Shown here: positions 13,978-22,142 of the stretch, in pieces
How positions within the stretch are numbered: position 1 is the stretch's first letter
Layout of the letters: every line of letters starts with the position of its first letter
Assembly (NCBI GenBank): GCA_018712425.1
Contig: DVHA01000161.1
Span: 1 to 25,131 of the forward strand
DNA length: 25,131 nucleotides
Direction of reading: 5' to 3'
From: Candidatus Faecivivens stercoravium
GTDB taxonomy: Bacteria > Bacillota > Clostridia > Oscillospirales > Ruminococcaceae
Notes under the pieces: model-generated
Seen by the model: only the letters and a program-made list of their open reading frames with translations
Databases searched by the model: none
What the model was told of the DNA's origin: nothing
Made by a program: the position numbers and the translations under genes

Positions 13978-16515
13978 TCATTCGGCTGTCCGCAGCCGTT
14001 CCTGGAGCGTCCCGCGGGTCACCCGGTTTAAACAGGCAAGCGGCACCGCCACCGACAGAATCAGGATCACCGGCAGGAGGACCCACAGCGGCAGCAGGGT
14101 AAACTCATACACCGAGATCCAGGAGAGCTCGGCGATGACCCCCGGCATGACAAAAACTGCCGCCGCCACCGAAACCGGCACCAGCACCGCCGCCATGATG
14201 AGGGCATAAAGCACCCCTTCCAGCAGGATCAGCTGCCGCAGCTGGGCGATGGTCATCCCGAGGCTCTGGAAGACCGCGAAGGCCCGCTTCCGGCTGACCG
14301 AGCGGGTGATCAGGAGGTTTACAAACCCCAAAAGCGCAATCCCCGCCAGCACCAGCCCGATAATCAGCGGCACCAGGACGGTGTTGAGGCTGGCGTCGCG
14401 GAAGTTCCGCTGGTAGTCGCTTCGGAGGGTGACGCCGATGCCGCGGTTTAAGCCGCTTTCAAAGTCGGAGAGGAAGGCTTCAAAGCTCCCCTGCCCCGCC
14501 GGGTCGATGTTGATGGCCATCTGCCGGACCGGGGAATCGGGGTAGAGGACGTCGAAAGCAGGGAGCGGCAGGATGTAGTAGAAGGTAAAGGAAGCTTCCC
14601 GGCTGTTCTGGCCGCTTAAATAGGCGTTATCGTGCATCAGCGAGCCCATAACGGTGAAGGTTTGCCCCTCAAGCTCGACCGTCTCCCCGGCCGCCGGGCA
14701 GGAGACCCCTTCGTTGTAGGCGCCGCCCGCAAGGATGTAATTGCCGGATAAAAAGGCCGCTTCGTCAAAAGAGCCGCTGGTGAAGGGGCAGTTGTCGAGG
14801 ATATACTGGAGGTAATCCCCCTCCAGCCCAATGACGACGGCGGTGTATTCCCCCGTCCCGGTCAGTCGGTCCAGCCCCGCTATCCAGTCGGGGAAGGCGG
14901 CCTGGGACTCTTTGAGGGTCATCGAATCGTCGTAGGGCTGGTTGTAGTAGTCCACTACCCGTTTCCGGAGCGTCTCCGGGGCGGTCATCTCCACCTCCCG
15001 GCTCTTGAGGGCTGAAAGGCTTGTCACCTCCGGCCGGGCGCGGAAGGTTTCGGCCGTTTCGTCGGTGATCGACCGGCTGGCCTCGTTGTACCGCTGGGAA
15101 GAGGTCTGGGCCGAGCCATCGGTGACCGAATAGTCCCAGGGGGAGAGGGCCGCGAGGTAGATATCCTCCTGGAAGCTCGCGTACTCCATCCAGACGGTAT
15201 TTAACAGCAGCGCCGCCAGCAGCATCACCCCGACCGACAGGCAGAGCTGCCCCTTCCCCCGGCTGATGGTCCGGCGGGCCAGCCGCGGGAGGGTCATCAG
15301 CCCGCCGGCGCTGCCGCGTCCGGCCTTGGCGGGGGCGGATGCCCGCATCGTCTCGGCAGGGGTCTGCCGGGTGAGGGGGATGAGCGGCAGCAGGTAGGAG
15401 AGGAGGACGGTTAAGAGGGTGCAGAACGCCGCCGCGAGGAAGGGCGGCCAGTCGAGGAAGTAGAGGCCGGGGTTTATTTCGGTGCCGGTCACCACCCGGC
15501 CGGTGACAAAGAGGTTGATGAGAAACCCGGCGAGGAACCCGGGCAGGAGCCCCATCGCCGTCACCATACACCCCTTTTCCAGCAGCATCCGCCGTATCTG
15601 CCGCGGGGTCATCCCCTGGGCCTTGAGGACCGCGAAGAAAGCGCGGTCAGAGTCGGATGAGACGTGAATAATCCCGTAGATCATCAGAAACCCGCAGACC
15701 ACCACGAGGATCGCCGGGGCATAGAACCGTGCCGCCTGGGAAACGGCCTGTTCCCGGCGGGCTTCGTTGTAGGCAAGGTTGGTGGTGTAGGGGATGCTGT
15801 CGGGGAGGCCCTGGTCCCGGAGGATTTCCGCCGCCTGGGCTTCCAGCTCCCGGGGCTGGTGGAGGGTGAGGCCCAGGGTGACGTTTTTCGCCGTCTCCCC
15901 GTCGTAGCCGGGGAAGAGGGCTGAGGCCGTGTCCGCCGTAATCCAGGCGCAGGCCTCGGTAAAGTTGGCGGCGCTCATCCACCAGCCGCAGAGGGTGAAG
16001 GTATCGGTGTGGGTCTCCCCGGCGGCGTCGGTCCACTGGAGGGGGAAGGCCGTCCCCAGCTCATAGGGCAGCCCCAGGGAGCCCATCGTATACTCATCCA
16101 GCGCGATTTCATAGGGCTCTTCCGGCAGCCGCCCCTCAGCCGGCAGCGAGAGGACCGTCTCGGCGTAGTCCCGGTCGGTGACCGCCAGCTGGACCGTCCG
16201 CTGGCCGAGCACCGGGTCGGAGAGGGTGCCGATGGTGCTGAGGGTGACGGCGGATTTGACGTTGACATGCTGGCTGAGGAGGGCGGCCTGGGATTCGGTC
16301 AGGCCGGTGTAGAGGATGTGGCTGGTGGAGCCGTAGAGGTACTGGTAGCTGAGCAGGAACCCCGACTGCACGGCGTTCCCGAGCAGGAAGACGAAGGTGT
16401 ACAGGGCGGTGACCAGCGCCGCCGCGAGGACCAGGAGGGCGTTTTTGGCCCGGTGGAACCGGAAGTCCCGGCGGACAAGGGCCCAGGAGACCTTAAGGTT
16501 GTTGTTATACAGCAT
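13978..16515 (-). CDS. ABC transporter permease, FtsX/MacB-like, with two FtsX repeats
   Basis: N-terminal TM, large extracellular loop, FAVLKAQGMTPRQIRRMLLEKG and FAVFQSLGMTIAQLRQLILLEG FtsX signatures, terminal TM bundles. Confidence 0.88.
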   Translation of the reverse strand: MLYNNNLKVSWALVRRDFRFHRAKNALLVLAAALVTALYTFVFLLGNAVQSGFLLSYQYLYGSTSHILYTGLTESQAALLSQHVNVKSAVTLSTIGTLSDPVLGQRTVQLAVTDRDYAETVLSLPAEGRLPEEPYEIALDEYTMGSLGLPYELGTAFPLQWTDAAGETHTDTFTLCGWWMSAANFTEACAWITADTASALFPGYDGETAKNVTLGLTLHQPRELEAQAAEILRDQGLPDSIPYTTNLAYNEARREQAVSQAARFYAPAILVVVCGFLMIYGIIHVSSDSDRAFFAVLKAQGMTPRQIRRMLLEKGCMVTAMGLLPGFLAGFLINLFVTGRVVTGTEINPGLYFLDWPPFLAAAFCTLLTVLLSYLLPLIPLTRQTPAETMRASAPAKAGRGSAGGLMTLPRLARRTISRGKGQLCLSVGVMLLAALLLNTVWMEYASFQEDIYLAALSPWDYSVTDGSAQTSSQRYNEASRSITDETAETFRARPEVTSLSALKSREVEMTAPETLRKRVVDYYNQPYDDSMTLKESQAAFPDWIAGLDRLTGTGEYTAVVIGLEGDYLQYILDNCPFTSGSFDEAAFLSGNYILAGGAYNEGVSCPAAGETVELEGQTFTVMGSLMHDNAYLSGQNSREASFTFYYILPLPAFDVLYPDSPVRQMAINIDPAGQGSFEAFLSDFESGLNRGIGVTLRSDYQRNFRDASLNTVLVPLIIGLVLAGIALLGFVNLLITRSVSRKRAFAVFQSLGMTIAQLRQLILLEGVLYALIMAAVLVPVSVAAAVFVMPGVIAELSWISVYEFTLLPLWVLLPVILILSVAVPLACLNRVTRGTLQERLRTAE

Positions 16516-16527
16516 CGGCGGGCCTCC

Positions 16528-17190
16528 TCAGACGATCTTCCCGTCTTCAATCCGGACGACCCGCCCGGCCATCTGGGCGATTTCCAGGTTGTGGGTGATC
16601 ATGATGAGGGTCTGCCGGTAGGTTTCGGCCGACAGCTTTAAAAGCCCCAGGACATTCTGGCCGGTTTTGGAGTCGAGGCTGCCGGTCGGCTCGTCGGCGA
16701 GGAGGATCGAGGGCTTCGCGATCAGCGCCCGGGCGATCGCCGCCCGCTGCTGGCCGCCGCCCGAGAGCTCGTGGGGGTAGCGGTCCAGCCGGTCTTTCAG
16801 CCGCAGGAGGGAGGTGACCTCGTCAAAAAAGGCGGTATCGGGGGCAGAACCCGCAAGGCTCAAGGGGAAGAGGATGTTTTCCCGGACGGTCAGCGTCGGG
16901 ACGAGGTTGAAGTTCTGGTAGACAAAGCCCACCTTGCTCCGGCGGAAGACCGCCAGCTCCCGTTCCTTCAGCCCCGAGAGCCGCACCCCGTCGACGGTGA
17001 CCTCCCCTTCGTCGGGGACGTCCATCCCGCCGATCATGTTGAGCAGGGTCGTCTTGCCGGAGCCGGAGGCGCCGATGATGGCGGTGAAGCTGCCTTTTTC
17101 GACGCTCAGGTCGATGCCCCGCAGGGCTTCCACTTTGTTCGCCCCTTTGCCAAAGGTCTTTTTCAGGTTTTGCACGGTTACAATGTCCAT
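16528..17190 (-). CDS. ABC transporter ATP-binding subunit (LolD/MacB-type)
   Basis: Walker A GASGSGKT, GFVYQNFNL, LSGGGQQR signature, Walker B LLADEPTGSLD and the ITH switch. ATG 17190 follows an AAAGGA RBS. Confidence 0.95.
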   Translation of the reverse strand: MDIVTVQNLKKTFGKGANKVEALRGIDLSVEKGSFTAIIGASGSGKTTLLNMIGGMDVPDEGEVTVDGVRLSGLKERELAVFRRSKVGFVYQNFNLVPTLTVRENILFPLSLAGSAPDTAFFDEVTSLLRLKDRLDRYPHELSGGGQQRAAIARALIAKPSILLADEPTGSLDSKTGQNVLGLLKLSAETYRQTLIMITHNLEIAQMAGRVVRIEDGKIV

Positions 17191-17283
17191 GGGAGGAGTC
17201 CTTTCTTTTTGTCTTTCATCCGAACCATACATATTCGGTTCGTTCGTTATATATCCCGCCGTTCTTTGGCTGACAGCGACAAC

Positions 17284-17313
17284 AAATCCCCTCTCCATCC
17301 GGAAAGGGGATTT
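17284..17313 (-). terminator. Hairpin after the PNPOx-like gene
   Basis: aaatcccct ... aggggattt inverted repeat with a T-rich tail on the minus strand. Confidence 0.6.
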
Positions 17314-17331
17314 CATTCTGCGTAATGCCTC

Positions 17332-17742
17332 TTACAGCTTAACCGTCTCGGCCGGCGCGGTAAACGAGCAGAAGTCCGCCGTCCCTTCCTCGATATAGAA
17401 GACCGCGGTCTTGTCGTCGTCCGCCGAATACATCCGTTTCAGGCCGGGGTTTGCATCCAGCATCGCGACCTTGGCGTCCCTGGAGGTATCCTCAACCGCC
17501 TTGCCGGACAGCCGCATCCATTTGCCCCCGTCTATAAAGGCGCAGATCTCAAACCGGGGTTCGGCCTTCAGCTGGGCGTAGACCTTCTTCTTATTGCTGG
17601 TCTGGATGTAGAGCCTGCCGTTGTAGACGACCTGGGCGCCAAAGGGGCGCACCCGCGGCTGGCCATCCTCGACGGTCGCCAGATACCAGGCGCCCTTGGC
17701 TTGCTTCAAGTATTCCATCACTTTATCCATTGCGTTTTCCAT
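17332..17742 (-). CDS. Pyridoxamine 5'-phosphate oxidase-like FMN-binding split-barrel protein
   Basis: WYLATVEDGQPRVRPFG, LYIQTSNKKKVYAQLKAEPRFEIC and WMRLSGKA. AAAGGAAGG RBS precedes ATG 17742. Confidence 0.85.
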   Translation of the reverse strand: MENAMDKVMEYLKQAKGAWYLATVEDGQPRVRPFGAQVVYNGRLYIQTSNKKKVYAQLKAEPRFEICAFIDGGKWMRLSGKAVEDTSRDAKVAMLDANPGLKRMYSADDDKTAVFYIEEGTADFCSFTAPAETVKL

Positions 17743-17795
17743 AAAATTCCTTCCTTTCGGGTCGAAGGTGGAGGCCATCAGACGGGCCTGATTCA

Positions 17796-17824
17796 ATTAT
17801 AACCGAATTGGTAGGATTTTGCAA
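17796..17824 (-). promoter_or_regulatory. SigA promoter of the PNPOx-like gene
   Basis: Minus strand reads TTGCAA-17-TATAAT. Confidence 0.7.
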
Positions 17825-17840
17825 GGGAAATGGAGAATTT

Positions 17841-18893
17841 TCAGGCATTTTGACTGTAAGGCACCGCCCAGTCCTTCAGCAAAGCCGTCAGGGACGGACA
17901 GGAATCAAAGTACAGCTTAATCCCGTATTCTCCATCCTTCCCGATGGGAAACGCCAGCGTTATCCCGTCCTCATATATAGCCAGGCAATCCGGCAGGTTT
18001 TCCGGGGACAGTTCCCGCTCGGCTGCGTCCCGTCTATCCGCAAACGCCGTGTCCTGCTCCTGAATAATATCCAGCAATCGCCCGACCGCCTCTTCTACCG
18101 GGCAGCTGAACAGCTCAAGCAGGCTAATTGGTTCCCCTGTCTCCCGGTCGAAAGCGGCACAACGGGAAAAGCCATCGCCGTACGACGCATCCCCCGGCAC
18201 CTGCACCGAAGTATCGCAATAGACCACACGAGAAGCAACAGCGCTGATTTCACTCCGCTGGCTGACTGTCCGGGGGTGGAAAGAATACGTCTGTTCCCGC
18301 TGCCGGCCAGTGTATATGGAATAAGCTTTTTCCAATTCTTCCGCCAGGTCATACAACAGCCCCTGCTTATCACAGTAATCCAAAATTCTTTGTTGGACCA
18401 CTGGGTTAAGGTCGAAAAAAAGGCCCGCCACACCGTCCGGCAGGACTGGGTATTCCACCAGCAGCAGTTGCTGCCCGTCCGGCAGGAAATACTGTTCTCC
18501 CTCAGAATTTTTCCAGACCGACAGTTTCGTCCCATCGGATAAAACCGCCTTCCGGCCGGTGCAGTAGGACAACACCTGCACCGAATCAGCCTGATATCCG
18601 TAAACGGTTTCTCTATTCAAATGGATCCACTGTTCGCTGTACGGGGTATACTGAACCCGAAGAGTAATGGTTGTATCCAGCTGCAAAATTTCCCTTGCTT
18701 CCGGCTCATCGATCATCGTCCAGACCAGCGTCCCGTCCTCCAGCGTAAATCCAACCCTGCGCCCCTTTTCCGTCATCAGCAAAAGGGTACCCCCCTCCAC
18801 CTGAACCAGCGTCCCTTCCACTGCCTTCTGATCGCCGCACCAAATAAGCAGGCAGACGACCATTAGCATCACCGCGGCAAACGCTTTTTTCAT
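17841..18893 (-). CDS. Exported protein of unknown function with a possible DUF3298-like C-terminal part
   Basis: Signal-peptide-like N-terminus. C-terminal AFDRETGEPISLLELF and LAIYEDGITLAF resemble DUF3298/PdaC-N/RsiV-type motifs. Confidence 0.6.
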   Translation of the reverse strand: MKKAFAAVMLMVVCLLIWCGDQKAVEGTLVQVEGGTLLLMTEKGRRVGFTLEDGTLVWTMIDEPEAREILQLDTTITLRVQYTPYSEQWIHLNRETVYGYQADSVQVLSYCTGRKAVLSDGTKLSVWKNSEGEQYFLPDGQQLLLVEYPVLPDGVAGLFFDLNPVVQQRILDYCDKQGLLYDLAEELEKAYSIYTGRQREQTYSFHPRTVSQRSEISAVASRVVYCDTSVQVPGDASYGDGFSRCAAFDRETGEPISLLELFSCPVEEAVGRLLDIIQEQDTAFADRRDAAERELSPENLPDCLAIYEDGITLAFPIGKDGEYGIKLYFDSCPSLTALLKDWAVPYSQNA

Positions 18894-18896
18894 CGC

Positions 18897-21536
18897 CTAC
18901 TCCTTCCCAAGCCCCGTCACGTCCGAGAGCCGCGTCCGCCGGAGCCGCCCCTCCTGGGCGTTCTGCCCGATGATCGACCGGATCCTCTCGTTTACAAGCT
19001 GCACCTCTTCATAGAACATCGACGCCGACACCCGTTCGCACCCGTGCCCCAGGATAATCATCTGTTCCAGCCCATCGGAGGTGGCGACCCGGATCCGCTT
19101 TTTCTTCCCGAGGGCGTAGCTCACCTTTTCGATATACATGTCCGCCGTCTCCGCTTCTTCGGTGTAGACGACGTAGACCCCGTTCTGCCGCTCGACCGCC
19201 CCTTTGCCCCCGTGGACCTTATAGGCGTCGAAGACGGCGATCACCCCGCACTGCTTATAGCCCTGGTAGTTGGAAAGGATGTCGATCAGCGCGCTTCTCG
19301 CCGCGTCGAGATTCTCCCTCGCCTCCGCCCGCAGCTCGTCCCAGGCGAAGATGATGTTGTACCCGTCCACCAGCAGCACCTCCGCCGTCTCCTCAAACGC
19401 CTCCAACAGCTTCCCTTTGTCTATCTGCCGGACGGTGTTCTGCGGGAGGAAATCCCGCCGCTTCACCTCCCCGTAGGTGCGGGCAAAAATCCGTTCCAGT
19501 TCCCTGCCTTCCTCCCGGGTGCCGGCGTAGACCATCCGCCCGGTGGGCGGCGTGTACTTCGGGGGCGGTTCCGGCTCCTTGTCCCGTTCCAGCGGGTAGG
19601 GCGGCAGGTGCATATGCCCCTCCACCTCCCGCCAGCCGACCGTCACCCCGGCCCCGTGGGAGCAGAAGACCGAATCGGGGGTATTTTCGAGGTCGGCCTC
19701 GGGGCTGTAGCCGAAGGAAGCGATCACCTCTTCGGCGCCATGGCATTCCTCATACCCCCCGTACCGCAAACTCAGCCGCCCCTTCCCTCTTGAATAGGCG
19801 GCGACATCGGCGGCGTACCCCTGCATCGTCGCGACCGGGCAGCGCCCCTTAAAGGAAGCGGTCTGCCCGTCCATCTCCGGCGGCTCGAGGGTGCCCGCCA
19901 TCAGCGGGATGTCGTGCATTACCCGCCCGGCGTTCTCAGCCGGCACCGTCAACGTGAAGTCGTAGACCGGCTCCAATAAGACGCTCTCCGCCTTCATCAG
20001 CCCCTGCCGGACCGCCCGGTAGGTCGCCTGCCGGAAATCGCCCCCCTCGGTGTGCTTGAGGTGGGCCCGCCCAGCGACAAGGGTGATGGTCATATCGGTG
20101 ATCGGGCTGCCGGTCAGCACCCCTTTGTGCTCCTTTTCCAGCAGGTGGGTTAGGATCAGCCGCTGCCAGTTGCGGTCGAGGTCGTCTTCGCTGACCGCCG
20201 TTTTGAAGGTAAGGCCGCTCCCCCGTTCCGCCGGTTCCAGCAGCAGGTGCACCTCGGCGTAATGCCGCAGCGGCTCGAAGTGCCCGACCCCTTCGACCGG
20301 GGCCTTGATCGTCTCCTTGTAGACGACGCCCCCTTCCGAAAAGCCGATCGAGAGCCCGAACCGGTCTTTGGCCAGCCGTTCCAGCACCTCCAGCTGCACC
20401 GCCCCCATCGGCTGCAATGTAATCTCCTGCAAAGCGCCGTTCCAGCTGATGTGCAGCTGCGGGTCCTCTTCCGCCAGCTCCGAGAGCTTCTGCATTGCTG
20501 AAAAGGGCGACTCCCCCTCCGGCAGGATCACCTTGTACCGCAGCACCGGCTGCAGTTCCGGCGCCTTCCCCTCCGCCTCGAACCCGAGCCCTTCCCCGGC
20601 GCGGGTGTGGGTGAGGCCGGCCACCGCGACGACGCTCCCGGCGGGGGCGCTGTCGAGAAGGGTATATTTTGCCCCCGAATAGAGCCGCAGCTGGTCGGCC
20701 TTCTCCTTCCAGGGACCGTCCGGCCCCTCCCCTTCGACCGCCGCCTTGACCGGCAGCGACCCGCCGGTGATCTTCATGTGGGTGAGCCGGACGCCCCCTT
20801 CCCGGCTCACCTTAAAGACCCGCGCGCCGAAAGCATCGGGGTATTCCGGCCGCGGCATCAGCCGGGAGAGCGCCTCCAGAAATTCCGCGACGCCAATGAG
20901 TTTTAAGGCCGAGCCGAAAAAACAGGGGAACAGTTCCCGCTTCCCGACCGCCTCCCGCAGCATCGAGTCGGGCACCGTCCCGTTTTCGAGGTAATAGTCC
21001 AGCATCTTTTCGTCACAGACCGCCGCCTCCTCCATCCAGCCGTCCCCATCGGCCGACAGATCGGCAAACCCATCCCCCAGCTTACCTTTCAGTTCCCCCA
21101 TTACAAAATCACGCCCGTCATCCGGCCGGGCGTTTTCCAAAAGGTCCAGCTTGTTGATAAACAGAAAAGTGGGGACCCGGTACCGCCCCAGCAGCTCCCA
21201 CAGCGTCCGGGTATGCCCCTGTACCCCGTCCGGCCCGCCCACCACCAGGATGGCCGCGTCCAGCACCGGCAGCACCCGCTCCGCCTCGGCCGCGAAGTCG
21301 GCGTGGCCGGGGGTGTCGAGGAGGGTCACTTCGGTATCCCCGAGGGGGAAGACCGCCTGTTTCGAGAAGATGGTGATCCCCCGCTCCCGCTCCAGCGCGC
21401 CGGTGTCGAGGAAGGCGTCCTGATGGTCGACCCGCCCCAGCTTCCGCAGCTTGCCGCAGGTATATAAAATTCCCTCGGCCAGCGTCGTTTTCCCGGCGTC
21501 GACATGGGCAAGGATCCCGATTACACAACGATTCAT
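18897..21536 (-). CDS. EF-G/Tet-like translational GTPase fused to a C-terminal YacP/Rae1-type NYN domain
   Basis: AHVDAGKT, ERGITI, DTPGH and NKLD G-motifs, EF-G-like domains II-V (EEDPQL, VVYKETI, LLEPVY), then LLVDGYNIIFAW, IAVFDA, TADMYIEK and VATSDGLEQ. Start is 21536 or 21545. Confidence 0.88.
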   Translation of the reverse strand: MNRCVIGILAHVDAGKTTLAEGILYTCGKLRKLGRVDHQDAFLDTGALERERGITIFSKQAVFPLGDTEVTLLDTPGHADFAAEAERVLPVLDAAILVVGGPDGVQGHTRTLWELLGRYRVPTFLFINKLDLLENARPDDGRDFVMGELKGKLGDGFADLSADGDGWMEEAAVCDEKMLDYYLENGTVPDSMLREAVGKRELFPCFFGSALKLIGVAEFLEALSRLMPRPEYPDAFGARVFKVSREGGVRLTHMKITGGSLPVKAAVEGEGPDGPWKEKADQLRLYSGAKYTLLDSAPAGSVVAVAGLTHTRAGEGLGFEAEGKAPELQPVLRYKVILPEGESPFSAMQKLSELAEEDPQLHISWNGALQEITLQPMGAVQLEVLERLAKDRFGLSIGFSEGGVVYKETIKAPVEGVGHFEPLRHYAEVHLLLEPAERGSGLTFKTAVSEDDLDRNWQRLILTHLLEKEHKGVLTGSPITDMTITLVAGRAHLKHTEGGDFRQATYRAVRQGLMKAESVLLEPVYDFTLTVPAENAGRVMHDIPLMAGTLEPPEMDGQTASFKGRCPVATMQGYAADVAAYSRGKGRLSLRYGGYEECHGAEEVIASFGYSPEADLENTPDSVFCSHGAGVTVGWREVEGHMHLPPYPLERDKEPEPPPKYTPPTGRMVYAGTREEGRELERIFARTYGEVKRRDFLPQNTVRQIDKGKLLEAFEETAEVLLVDGYNIIFAWDELRAEARENLDAARSALIDILSNYQGYKQCGVIAVFDAYKVHGGKGAVERQNGVYVVYTEEAETADMYIEKVSYALGKKKRIRVATSDGLEQMIILGHGCERVSASMFYEEVQLVNERIRSIIGQNAQEGRLRRTRLSDVTGLGKE

Positions 21537-21690
21537 ATCATACACACACCACTTTAGATAAGATCTGATTTCCCTGCCCGCGCTCTCTTCCCGGCGGACA
21601 GATTTCCCATAATATTATACCACAGACCCCCAAGCGGCGTCTATACGTCTATAATTTTATAAGTATGGAATGTTTATTTCGCTGCCCTTA

Positions 21691-21851
21691 GGGTGTATCT
21701 GATCATTCAATATTGCTGGATAATTCGCTAAAAGTAGCCGGATGCAAGGAGGGAAGGCGAAAGAATACGCCCGTATTTCGAGACTCCCCGACGCAGCAGA
21801 CGACTGCTTTTAGTAGAATTAGACAGTATTAGAGAGTTTTCAGATACACCC
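21691..21851. mobile_element. 161-bp MITE with 12-bp perfect TIRs and a TA target duplication
   Basis: gggtgtatctga (21691-21702) and tcagatacaccc (21840-21851), TA on both sides, internal inverted repeat ctaaaagtagccg / cgactgcttttag. The flanks tcgctgcc / ggcagcga are themselves inverted. Confidence 0.75.
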
Positions 21852-21875
21852 TATGGCAGCGACCAGGGGTTCCCC

Positions 21876-22102
21876 TTTTGAGTATTTTTTGGGTGCTGCG
21901 CACCCTTCGTTATCAGTGGCAAAGCTGTGGTCAGCTTCGGAAGTACGGAAACTGAGCGCCTGGGAAGGGGCTCTGCCCCTTCCATTCCCGCGATTTTTTG
22001 AAAAAAATCGAGTAAAACTTTTAATTCTTCGCACGTTTCTTCGTCACTTTAACGCCAGCGCCGATTCTTGCGTTTCCACCAAACTTGTTTTTCGACAGTC
22101 AA
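21876..22102. mobile_element. Second copy of the 1513-1760 element, with a different left end
   Basis: Near-identical blocks, e.g. gctgcgcacccttcgttatcagtg, caaagctgtggtcagcttcggaagtacggaaa, gcgcctgggaaggggctctgccccttccattcccgc and aaacttgtttttcgacagtc. Confidence 0.8.
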
Positions 22103-22127
22103 AAGCGGAAGCTTTTGGCTCCCGCTT
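22103..22127 (-). terminator. Intrinsic terminator of the MATE gene
   Basis: aagcggaagc-ttttg-gctcccgctt hairpin 15 bp past the stop codon, with a T tail on the minus strand. Confidence 0.65.
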
Positions 22128-22142
22128 CTGCTTATCTATCTG

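Noticed and set aside
17191-17316. N-terminal extension of the ABC ATPase, or a leader peptide
   Set aside because: The RBS and family alignment place the start at 17190, and the extension runs through a terminator hairpin.
18897-21536. Tetracycline resistance gene (tetM/tetO/tetW)
   Set aside because: It lacks the YSPVST domain IV loop, carries an extra NYN domain, and has no conjugative-element context. Resistance is not supported.
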